From IMG/VR virus record IMGVR_UViG_3300017648_000002, positions 1 through 44,004 of that record: 44,004 nt of DNA; one strand, written 5' to 3'. How positions within the stretch are numbered: position 1 is the first letter of the stretch; each line of letters starts with the position of its first letter. The position numbers and the translations under genes were made by a program. The notes below the pieces were generated by a model. That model made no database searches and was not told where the DNA came from. It was given only the letters and a program-made list of their open reading frames with translations. The stretch comes from a virus. Taxonomy: Duplodnaviria; Caudoviricetes. This document shows positions 18,046 to 25,708 of the stretch, piece by piece.

Positions 18046-18212
18046 CTTGCTCGTACCGCTCTGCTACGGTAAACGTCTTGCCACAACACATGAGCGTGTC
18101 CCAGTCCTCCATCATGCGCTTCTCCTGCGGGACGATCTCAGGCGCTGGTAATGCACGCGGAAGCAGTCTGACGCCACGACGCTTTGCGCGCTCTGACGTG
18201 ATGTCGATCGGT

Positions 18213-18509
18213 TCACGCTGCTCTTTCAGAGTCCTCCTCTCCGACTGGCTCGTACGTCAACTCAAAAATATCTGGCTTACAGGGGTAGTACTCGTTGTCG
18301 ACTCCCCGAATGATCATGTCGCCTATCGTGGCCGTGTGCATGCCATGACCACTCTCAAGCGTCTTGATGAGCAGAGTCCCGTCTTCTGCGTAACCGTGTC
18401 GTTCCCTTTCAGGGGGATCGGTTTCCCAGATAAAGTCGTTGATCTCCTGGTGGTTGAGACCAGTCCACTTGACCGCCTCGATAACCACGGGTTTCTTCCT
18501 AAACTTCAT
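18213..18509 (-). CDS. Conserved small phage protein (KKPVVIEA...YPCKPDIF family), function unknown
   Basis: Recognisable motif set: 'KFRKKPVVIEAV', 'IKTLE', 'GDMIIRGV..EYYPCKPDIFELTYE'. Confidence 0.75.
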   Translation of the reverse strand: MKFRKKPVVIEAVKWTGLNHQEINDFIWETDPPERERHGYAEDGTLLIKTLESGHGMHTATIGDMIIRGVDNEYYPCKPDIFELTYEPVGEEDSERAA

Positions 18510-18699
18510 CGCCCTCCATTACCAGGTACTCCATATAGACCTCGTTTTCCGCCCACGACGCATGCATCTTGATCTTGTTACCGGTCTGGGGATTGACCCC
18601 CTCGTAGTGGTCACCACGGCGTTCCAGGATCGTGCCAGCAGGCAGGATCACCTCGTCAAATTCGTTGGTAATGTCGGCTGTTGCCGTGAGTCTGTTCAT
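18499..18699 (-). CDS. Hypothetical protein
   Basis: 66 aa, overlaps the next gene. Confidence 0.5.
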   Translation of the reverse strand: MNRLTATADITNEFDEVILPAGTILERRGDHYEGVNPQTGNKIKMHASWAENEVYMEYLVMEGDEV

Positions 18700-18748
18700 A
18701 GTTCAGGTACAGGAAGCTCTCGTAGCCTGAGAGCCTCCCAGATCTGGC

Positions 18749-18964
18749 CTAGAAGTTTGGTATTCCAAAAATCAGCAAGGCGATAACACCGATCAAAACA
18801 AGCAGTCCCACGCCGTAGGGCAAGGACACCAGGATCAACAGTGGTAGCCCGAGAAACACCAGCACGTAGAGTGCGAGTTTGACCGGCATTGCTGAGAGAT
18901 AGCTTCCTTGCGGAATGAGTGTCTCAGCAACCCTGTCGATGGCGCGCTTGATCTGTTTGAGCAC
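18749..18964 (-). CDS. Small membrane protein
   Basis: Two strongly hydrophobic segments; GGGGGTGAG SD-like sequence upstream. Confidence 0.55.
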   Translation of the reverse strand: MLKQIKRAIDRVAETLIPQGSYLSAMPVKLALYVLVFLGLPLLILVSLPYGVGLLVLIGVIALLIFGIPNF

Positions 18965-18975
18965 GTTGGTTGTGT

Positions 18976-19344
18976 TTATACGTTCTCACCCCCTTCCCTG
19001 TTTTCGTTTATTTGTTTGTTGTCCAGAAAGAGGATGTCGTGCGCCACAATCTCGGTTGAGCTGTGCTTGACGCCAGCTTCATCCGTCCACTCACGGGTCT
19101 GGAGTCTGCCCTCGACAAACACCCGGCGCCCTTTGCTTACAAACTTGCTACAAAGCTCTGCAAGCTTGCTCCAGGCGACGACGCGATGAAACTCAGCGTC
19201 TTCTTTTTGCTCCCCGCTCTCGGTTTTCCACGAACGGTTGGTTGCCACGCTAAACGATGCGATTGCTGTTCCCTGAGGCGTGTAGCGTAACTCCGCATCC
19301 CGCGTCACATTGCCGATGATCTCGGCTCGATTCAAACTTCTCAT
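18976..19344 (-). CDS. ssb: Single-stranded DNA-binding protein
   Basis: 'SLNRAEIIGNVTRDAELRYTPQG...FSVATNR.W...EFHRVVAW..LAE...KGRRVFVEGRLQTREW'; AGGAGGTG SD. Confidence 0.95.
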   Translation of the reverse strand: MRSLNRAEIIGNVTRDAELRYTPQGTAIASFSVATNRSWKTESGEQKEDAEFHRVVAWSKLAELCSKFVSKGRRVFVEGRLQTREWTDEAGVKHSSTEIVAHDILFLDNKQINENREGGENV

Positions 19345-19399
19345 AATGCCTCACCTCCTGTTCTTTGCTTCATATGTTTATTTATTGACTGTTTGTGTC

Positions 19400-19756
19400 T
19401 CATAGCTCAAAGACCTCCACCTCCAGGCGTTCTTCTTTCATGGTTGCCACCTTGTAGCGCTGGATATTGATCCCAGCCACCTGACGGTCATCAACGATCA
19501 CGCCAGCCTTAGTCAGCGAATCGCAACAGCACTTGAGGCAGTTATCCAGATCGATTGGTCGGCAGTAGTACAGGTCTGCCTGAATCTCTATATCTCCAGT
19601 AATCGTCTTGCGCCTGCCTTGAGCTTGCTTCCAGAGCCAGCCAGCCTCCTCAAACCACTGTCTGCCTCGCGCCGTCATATACATACGTGGAAATGGCTTT
19701 CCCGTCATACGCCACAGCGTGCCGACTGATGGAGGCTTTGGAAGCACGGCTTTCAT
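19400..19756 (-). CDS. rusA: RusA-like Holliday junction resolvase
   Basis: 'PKPPSV..LWR', 'DLDNCLK...DSL..AGVIVDDRQV'. Confidence 0.85.
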   Translation of the reverse strand: MKAVLPKPPSVGTLWRMTGKPFPRMYMTARGRQWFEEAGWLWKQAQGRRKTITGDIEIQADLYYCRPIDLDNCLKCCCDSLTKAGVIVDDRQVAGINIQRYKVATMKEERLEVEVFEL

Positions 19757-19974
19757 GCGCGCTCCTTTCGATTAACGATGCGCTCCTGACAGTCCACGCA
19801 CCGGATGTTGGACTTCATTACGGGGAAAAACTCATCACCGCAGCCGGAACAGACCCGCTTCCAGCTGGCAATCGTTTGCTCGATCCTGCGTCGCTTGCGA
19901 ATCTCCCTGGCACCCTCCAGCACCCGTTCGAGGGTGTAGGCTAGCTTTTCCAGTTGTTTTATTGTTCTATTCAT
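19753..19974 (-). CDS. Small Zn-ribbon protein
   Basis: CSGC...CVDC. Confidence 0.5.
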   Translation of the reverse strand: MNRTIKQLEKLAYTLERVLEGAREIRKRRRIEQTIASWKRVCSGCGDEFFPVMKSNIRCVDCQERIVNRKERA

Positions 19975-20095
19975 CGTTTATTGGTTGTTGCCAAACGTCC
20001 AGGTATCGAATCCAGTCAATCAGCGTCACGGCCATCGCTGGTAGCCAGTCTCGATCACGCAAGAGCGTGAGTTGCCAGTGGATCCAGTTCATCGT

Positions 20096-20512
20096 CTAAC
20101 CCTCCACCTCCGGCTTCTTCCACGACTCCACAACATCCTGCGCCACGGCATGGGCAAGCTCTGAGTGGTCACGCAGATCACGATACCGATCCGTAGCCAC
20201 GATCTTGAGCGTCTGGAGCGTGTCGCGGGTAACAGTGAAGCGGTACTTCTCGGTCTGCGCAGTATCATCGCCTGGTGTTGGCGGGTAGAAGGTGAAGTGA
20301 TCGTACTGGGGGTTGGCCTCAAACCAGGCCTGTGTGCCGTGAATCAGCTGAAGCATGCGATCAAGCTGAAGCGACATCGTATCCAGGTACGTTTCGTCAT
20401 CAGTCTCGTGCTGGAGCAGTTCACGTGGGACACTGGCTACCTCAGTAGCCTGTGCCTCGATCAGTATGCGTTCGTTGTTCTCCATATTGGTTGACGTAAT
20501 ACCATTATACAC
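20096..20512 (-). CDS. Hypothetical protein
   Basis: Open 138 aa frame; the true start is probably the internal ATG (MENNER). Confidence 0.55.
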   Translation of the reverse strand: MYNGITSTNMENNERILIEAQATEVASVPRELLQHETDDETYLDTMSLQLDRMLQLIHGTQAWFEANPQYDHFTFYPPTPGDDTAQTEKYRFTVTRDTLQTLKIVATDRYRDLRDHSELAHAVAQDVVESWKKPEVEG

Positions 20513-20728
20513 TGTTTTGTGTATTTGTTTGTTGGTTCTCCTGAGGAACGGTCGAGTCAGGCAGGAATGTCTGATATGAACAACCCTGATAGCCTTAACT
20601 CAACCGCACCCCACGAGAACCAAGCTCTTCACTGATGGCGATAGATACGCGCGTTAGGCGATCACAAGCACTGCCAAGCGGTAGGGAGGGCTTGCACCTC
20701 CCTTGCCTGCTCGTACCGCTTGCGGCTT

Positions 20729-21061
20729 CTACTTGAAGCCTTTACCTGAGCAGTTCATCCAGCTACCGTCAGGCTGTTTCTCCCCGTGGCTGTAGAATGT
20801 TCCGTGTTTGCCTTTCTTCTCCCACATCTTGACGTGGTGGATCGGACATAGAACCTCATCGCCGCTCACCATCTGCTTGTCAACGTAGGCACGGTCACTG
20901 GTTGCCATGGTTGACCCTTCGACCTTTGTCAAGCTGTTGATGTGATTGATCACAAGTTCTTTAGCTTCGAGAAACTCCTCCCAGGCGTCTGCGCGAACGA
21001 CGAACTGCTCATCCCGTCCACCATTCACAAACCGACTCCATTGATACTTTGGATCTGTCAT
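20729..21061 (-). CDS. Recombination-module protein with a C-terminal CPxH...FYSH...C motif
   Basis: Coupled to the exonuclease gene (ATGA overlap); GGAGGTG SD. Confidence 0.6.
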   Translation of the reverse strand: MTDPKYQWSRFVNGGRDEQFVVRADAWEEFLEAKELVINHINSLTKVEGSTMATSDRAYVDKQMVSGDEVLCPIHHVKMWEKKGKHGTFYSHGEKQPDGSWMNCSGKGFK

Positions 21062-21843
21062 TGCGCTTCACCTCCTCCCTGCGTGAAATCGAAATAACCT
21101 AGTTTTGAAAGTTTGTTGTAGTTGCGATCGACATAAAGGTCTTTGGCTGACAGGAACAACTGGAAGTCGTGCTCTGCCTCCTGTGCTGTGGCACGGAGAG
21201 TGTCGCTGTAGCGTCCGTTATCCTTGAGCTGGATGATGCGTGTACCTCCCACTGGTATCCCTTCTTCAACCAGCATCCCGCGATAGGCTCCAGTCTGATA
21301 CAGATGCTCTGGCCATGCTCCACCGCTTTTGAAATCCAGAACCTCTGGAAGTCTTGAGCCTTCAACGATTCCGACAAAATCCCCTGTGCCAGCAACGCCG
21401 TTTGTCTCAGAGTAGAGCGTCATCTCCACGTCGATTGGGCGGGGCTTGCGTTCCTTAACAAACTGTTCAAAGGCGTTCCAGTAGGGAAGGTCTTGCTCAA
21501 CGATGCGCGGTGTCCCACCACGAAAGTAGGTATTGATGTACTCATGGACACGTGAACCACGATCCTTCGCCTGGTTGCCCATGTCCTTGATATAGGTCTG
21601 CGTGAGCTTCTTAGCCTCGTCAAATCCAAGACTGGACCATTCAGGATGCTCTGTCATCGCTCTTGTAGCCATGTTTGCGTACCAGATCAGAAGCGGGTAT
21701 TTCATGAGCGTGCCATCAAGTACGGTCGTAACGGATACGAATGGTCTCCCAGTTTCAGGATGGAAGTAGATACCGTTGACCCGCTGATCACGGTGATCTT
21801 CTCTGCGTGTTGAATGTTCGTATGTTGGTTTGTTCTTTTCCAT
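21058..21843 (-). CDS. PD-(D/E)XK phage exonuclease
   Basis: 'SVTTVL', 'RGSRVH', 'E..LYS....VAGTGD', 'LDFKS', 'Q..AY'. Confidence 0.85.
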   Translation of the reverse strand: MEKNKPTYEHSTRREDHRDQRVNGIYFHPETGRPFVSVTTVLDGTLMKYPLLIWYANMATRAMTEHPEWSSLGFDEAKKLTQTYIKDMGNQAKDRGSRVHEYINTYFRGGTPRIVEQDLPYWNAFEQFVKERKPRPIDVEMTLYSETNGVAGTGDFVGIVEGSRLPEVLDFKSGGAWPEHLYQTGAYRGMLVEEGIPVGGTRIIQLKDNGRYSDTLRATAQEAEHDFQLFLSAKDLYVDRNYNKLSKLGYFDFTQGGGEAQ

Positions 21844-21848
21844 AGGTC

Positions 21849-22565
21849 TTAAATGCCCAGACGTTTCCCACAGCTCCACATTTTGAAGCTGTAGCCTGAG
21901 TCACGGTATATCTGCCAGGCAAGCTGAACGTTGGTCTGTGGGTCAAAGAGAAACTTCTCATGCACACCCTGCCAATAGGAATTTATCTGGAAAACACCGA
22001 TGTCTCGACTGCCTGCGGGGACGTTGCCAGCCGTGTTGACCGCGCGAGGGTTCAGCGTGGCGTTCTCACATGCAAGGAGTGCAAAGGCTTTGTCAGCGTG
22101 TATCCCAAACGTCTTGCGGATCATGTCTGCAACATCTCCAGACGGCTCGACTGTTACGGTAGGCGTGGGAGTAGCTGAAGCTGTGGCAACTGGTGAGATA
22201 TAGGAAGCGTTTGCCTCAGTGACTGCTGGCTTGGTGTTAAGCAGACCTGAGATTGCCGCGTACACCAGCACACCAAGCAGGATGATGAGAATGACCAGCA
22301 TGACAGGCTGTTCGTATTTGTAGTGGGTTTTCGTGCGGTACTGGTTGCTTCCCCTGCGATTGCGTGACTTGGTTGAAGTCTTTGAACGTTTGTTCCTCAT
22401 GTGGGCATCGTGGAAAGCCTTCTCTTCACGGACAATCGGCTCACAGCTATCACAGATTCGCATTCCAGGCAGGACGCTGGACTTGAAGAGAGTAGGTGCT
22501 CCACAGCTTTTACATGGCTTCTTGATGGCGACGAGTTGGTTGGATCCGGTCTGTTTGAGTTTCAT
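21849..22565 (-). CDS. Membrane-anchored lysozyme-like/lytic transglycosylase with an N-terminal Zn finger
   Basis: CKSC...CDSC, one TM segment, S/T/P linker, then 'ACENATLNPRAVN...DIGVFQIN...NVQLAWQIY...W'. Confidence 0.75.
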   Translation of the reverse strand: MKLKQTGSNQLVAIKKPCKSCGAPTLFKSSVLPGMRICDSCEPIVREEKAFHDAHMRNKRSKTSTKSRNRRGSNQYRTKTHYKYEQPVMLVILIILLGVLVYAAISGLLNTKPAVTEANASYISPVATASATPTPTVTVEPSGDVADMIRKTFGIHADKAFALLACENATLNPRAVNTAGNVPAGSRDIGVFQINSYWQGVHEKFLFDPQTNVQLAWQIYRDSGYSFKMWSCGKRLGI

Positions 22566-22570
22566 AGGCT

Positions 22571-23011
22571 TTACAGGATCACGACCTCCTCATCTTCATA
22601 GTAGATCGGCATATTGAGCGTCTTGGTGGTGGTGATGACAACGCCCTCGTCAAGGTCTTTGGCATCGTCTAGTTGGTCTGCTTCAACATCGGCTCTGATG
22701 GAATCAAGAAGCAGGTCTCTAGCGTCAAGAGACTCTTCTTCCTCTTCTTCTTCGCCGATGAGCCAGGCACAAGCACAGCCGTCCTCGTCACTGAGATGGC
22801 AGTCATGGTTGTCGAGTAGGGTTGTGATGTCGTGGATTTGAGCGGTCAAGGCTTCAGCGTCTGCAATCAGGATCGTCTCGATCTCTCGGATTGCGTCCAG
22901 TTGATCAGCTCTGAGCTTGCCGTGAAAGGACTGGGATTCGAGCCATTCGTACTCAGCGATGAGTTGCATGACTCGTCTGTGATCGGTGGTAAGTTGGGTT
23001 AGGTTGTTCAT
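22571..23011 (-). CDS. Acidic hypothetical early protein
   Basis: 146 aa; follows the TTGCAA-N17-TATTAT promoter. Confidence 0.6.
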   Translation of the reverse strand: MNNLTQLTTDHRRVMQLIAEYEWLESQSFHGKLRADQLDAIREIETILIADAEALTAQIHDITTLLDNHDCHLSDEDGCACAWLIGEEEEEEESLDARDLLLDSIRADVEADQLDDAKDLDEGVVITTTKTLNMPIYYEDEEVVIL

Positions 23012-23023
23012 ATCAGTGTTTAC

Positions 23024-23077
23024 ATAATAACAAACTGTTATGAGGATTGCAAGAGGGAATTAGGGGTCGGACCCCTA
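23024..23077 (-). promoter_or_regulatory. Promoter TTGCAA-N17-TATTAT with upstream inverted repeat TAGGGG-N5-CCCCTA
   Basis: The inverted repeat sits 8 bp upstream of the -35; same geometry at 25223-25276. Confidence 0.65.
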
Positions 23078-23248
23078 GCGGGATTTGCGTTTAGCGAGTT
23101 TGTGGATCATGACTTGGGAGACACCGAAAGCGTTTGCAAGGGATTCCTGGGTAACAGTCTCACCCTTGAGCTTACGGTACACCTCACCCAGCATTTCGTT
23201 GCGGATACGGGTCTTGAGTTCCTTGTAAATAGCGTCTGTGGTGTTCAT
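23075..23248 (-). CDS. Small Cro-like HTH protein (57 aa)
   Basis: Manual translation MNTTDAIYKELKTRIRNEMLGEVYRKLKGETVTQESLANAFGVSQVMIHKLAKRKSR. Confidence 0.7.
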   Translation of the reverse strand: MNTTDAIYKELKTRIRNEMLGEVYRKLKGETVTQESLANAFGVSQVMIHKLAKRKSR

Positions 23249-23436
23249 GATGTGATGTAGTCGAGGAGTTTACGGATTACCTCAACGACTGACAGTGATT
23301 TGTATTTGAGTTCCTCTAAAAGCTCTGGCTCTTCGTCCCCTTTAGGCATTGGCATATACGGGTCGTTCTTGTATCCGTAACGTCGAACGGTTAGATCAAA
23401 TTCATATCCTCCAGGAACTCTCATGTGTACGTACAA
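23245..23436 (-). CDS. Hypothetical protein
   Basis: 63 aa ORF with ATGA overlap into the HTH gene. Confidence 0.45.
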   Translation of the reverse strand: MYVHMRVPGGYEFDLTVRRYGYKNDPYMPMPKGDEEPELLEELKYKSLSVVEVIRKLLDYITS

Positions 23437-23515
23437 TATAACACGAGGTTGTCATAATCGCAATACTCTCTTAACTGGTGAGTTCTTTGCAGGGAGGCTC
23501 GAACAGCCCTCTGAC

Positions 23516-23941
23516 TTATAGGTCAAAGGACTGCCCGTCGGTTTTCTGGCGCCTCTCAAGGTCGCGTTGTCTGCTCAGTAGCGTGCGATAGATCACGTAC
23601 AGCGATGCGTGATCAAAGGCTACGGGATCGACAGGGAAGCGTGGAGGTGTCACCGTCTCAGGACTTCCGAGACGCTGACGTGCTTCTTGCGTTAATTGAC
23701 GTACTGTGGGCATGTCATCCTGTCTGAAAGCATCCAGTTGCGTTCGATATGCCCTCTCTGATGGGGACTTTCGGCATGCTTCGTAGTAGGCGTCCCACTC
23801 TCGTCGAACACGCGCACGATCAGCAGGACTCAGACGGAAGTATTTGTCATAGCAGGCCAGGTCATACCCATTCTCAGAGTAAAGTACCTGGAGGTTCTGT
23901 TTGACTTGCTCGAGCTGTTTCTTAATGTCGCTTGGTTTCAT
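23516..23941 (-). CDS. Hypothetical protein downstream of the initiator
   Basis: 141 aa, overlaps the initiator 3' end. Confidence 0.55.
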   Translation of the reverse strand: MKPSDIKKQLEQVKQNLQVLYSENGYDLACYDKYFRLSPADRARVRREWDAYYEACRKSPSERAYRTQLDAFRQDDMPTVRQLTQEARQRLGSPETVTPPRFPVDPVAFDHASLYVIYRTLLSRQRDLERRQKTDGQSFDL

Positions 23942-24665
23942 AGGCTTTGTTCAAGGCTTGGGATGCTCCGTCCAGATAGACACGGGTCTTGAGCTTGAAG
24001 GTCTCAAGCTTCTCAATCTGATTCCCGTAGTCCTTGGACAGCAGATGCTCCCATGCCTTGTCGAGTAAGTACTCGAATGTCAGTTCACCTCCTCTCACCG
24101 CTTGGTAGGCTACCCGGTGGTCACGAATAAAGCGGTTGATGATCTGACGGATGTTGTGGGCTACGAATCTGGGTCGTCTATCAGCAGGGATCACACCGAT
24201 ATGCTGTTTGAACCGACTAAGGATGAGGTTGATTTCTTCATGACCGTAGGTCTCCTCTGATCCCCTGGCTTTTGCCTTACTAACTTTAGTTAGTAACTTC
24301 TCTTGTTGAATGTTCTTATTATGGTGACCATTTGGTCGTGGGGGTACGACCATTTGGTCGTGGGGGGTACGACTGTCTGGTCGTAGGTCAAAGGCGACGA
24401 GTGGGATGATCTCTGTTCGGTGGCCTTTCTCGTCGAGCGCTACCTGTATGTAACCCTTGTCCTTAAGTTGCTGAAGCGCTCTCTGAATGCTACGCGGTTG
24501 GGTGTTCAGCATCTTGGCAAGCGAAGCGTTGCTGGCGATACATTTCTGAAGCTTGAGCTTGGTATACCAGTAGATGACACCGTAGGTGTAGCCAGCTAGC
24601 GGAGGTATCTCCTCATCGGAGACGATCACGCTAGGGATGAGCAGGAAGTCTGGTAATTCAGTCAT
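23922..24665 (-). CDS. Phage replication initiator (winged HTH, lambda O/replisome organiser-like)
   Basis: 'YGVI......CIASNASLAKMLNTQPRSIQRALQQLKDKGYI' HTH; internal iteron repeats. Confidence 0.75.
   Translation of the reverse strand: MTELPDFLLIPSVIVSDEEIPPLAGYTYGVIYWYTKLKLQKCIASNASLAKMLNTQPRSIQRALQQLKDKGYIQVALDEKGHRTEIIPLVAFDLRPDSRTPHDQMVVPPRPNGHHNKNIQQEKLLTKVSKAKARGSEETYGHEEINLILSRFKQHIGVIPADRRPRFVAHNIRQIINRFIRDHRVAYQAVRGGELTFEYLLDKAWEHLLSKDYGNQIEKLETFKLKTRVYLDGASQALNKAYETKRH
24276..24384. repeat. Probable phage origin: iterons plus AT-rich tract inside the initiator gene
   Basis: GACCATTTGGTCGTGGGGG(G)TAC x2 plus GACTGTCTGGTCGT (24326-24384); adjacent AT-rich inverted repeat TTACTAAC-TTTA-GTTAGTAA. 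Confidence 0.7.
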
Positions 24666-24842
24666 AGATTAGAAGAGACTTGAGGGAGATGGAAACACCC
24701 AGCCCTTCGAAAAGAGCTAGATCTGTCTTATTCTCTGTATTCGACAGATCCCCTCAAGTTCTCAGCGCTGATGATGACTTGATCGACGACTCTACAGTCA
24801 TCGGGCTGAAAAGCGCACCATCAGCGATCAGAACTCAAGATC

Positions 24843-24991
24843 TCGATAGAGGCGGCGAGGTTTGACTCGCAACGATAGGTCATGCCCGTTCTACTTCCAC
24901 CCATTTCACCGTAACCGTAGGTTGAGCAAGGAAGTAAGCCTTGAGACACATCTCGCGATAGAGTGTCTCTCTTCAGCCACGCCTCAATCGA
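24843..24991 (-). ncRNA. Large tRNA-like cloverleaf RNA with expanded arms
   Basis: Closing stem TCGATTGAGGCG/CGCCTCTATCGA; D-like TGGCTGAA...AAGGC with inserted GAGACAC/GTGTCTC hairpin; TACTTCC/GGAAGTA arm; AACG/CGTT arm; T-like arm GCGAG-TCAAAC-CTCGC. Confidence 0.55.
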
Positions 24992-25008
24992 AAACTCAAA
25001 GTGCTTAG

Positions 25009-25104
25009 CCAGGAGGAAAGGATTCGAACCTTCGACTACCGCGGGGTTTGACTGGGCGTCCCCAGCCTCCATAACGCGGTCTTCTACCACTGAATTACCT
25101 CCTG
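25009..25104 (-). tRNA. tRNA-like gene with a 31-nt anticodon loop (24-nt hairpin insertion); isotype not assignable
   Basis: Acceptor CAGGAGG/CCTCCTG, D-loop AGTGGTA, anticodon stem CCGCG/CGCGG, T-arm GAAGG-TTCGAAT-CCTTT. Confidence 0.7.
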
Positions 25105-25222
25105 GTATCAAAGTGCAGGGCATGAAAAAAGCCCTCTGATCCGGGTAGCTATGACTAAGTGAAGTCTGCGGAGCTACCCGCATCAAAAGGCTTTTCACTT
25201 AGTCACTGGTTACCGCATTCCC

Positions 25223-25276
25223 ATCATCTCAAACTACTTGCCATAATGCAAGTACCGATTAGGGGTTGAACCCCTA
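25223..25276 (-). promoter_or_regulatory. Promoter TTGCAT-N17-GATGAT with upstream inverted repeat TAGGGG-N5-CCCCTA
   Basis: Same 8 bp spacing from inverted repeat to -35 as at 23024-23077. Confidence 0.55.
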
Positions 25277-25320
25277 ACGGGGGGGAGACTTGCCCGTGAT
25301 AGGGAAGCCTCCCCAGGGGC

Positions 25321-25488
25321 TCACACCTCATCAACAGTCACGTTGTGCAGATCGCTGTCGCAGACACCTATCATGCCGTGATCCATCTCTGTCAGATACT
25401 TCTCCCGAGCCTCATCTACGCTCTCTGCTTCGATCTCAACACCGCAGTAGTAGAGCGTTTCCGTTGCAGTAACCAAGTACGTCTTCAT
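25321..25488 (-). CDS. Small acidic protein (MKTYLVTATE...EIEAES.DEA)
   Basis: AAAAGGAGG SD, 55 aa. Confidence 0.55.
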   Translation of the reverse strand: MKTYLVTATETLYYCGVEIEAESVDEAREKYLTEMDHGMIGVCDSDLHNVTVDEV

Positions 25489-25708
25489 GCTTAACCTCCT
25501 TTCTTTAGATAGCTTCAGGCTACCTGCCTGAAGTAACTGGCTCACTTCAGGGCGGGGTGAGGAAGTCAATGGCGGTCGCAGACCGTTCATCTTGACCGTT
25601 GACGAACGAGGGGGAAGACCCCTTCCAGTCGCGCCACAAAGTGCGGACTGCCGTGAGCGCAGCCGAACGTGAGTCCGAGCGACTTCCTGCGAGCATGGTG
25701 TGAGGACA

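Noticed and set aside
21058-21843. Cas4 call for the PD-(D/E)XK nuclease
   Set aside because: It lacks the Cys cluster and sits in a recombination block
24326-24384. Short repeats as a CRISPR mini-array
   Set aside because: The repeats are adjacent without spacers and lie inside an initiator gene; they fit iterons. No CRISPR array or cas genes were seen
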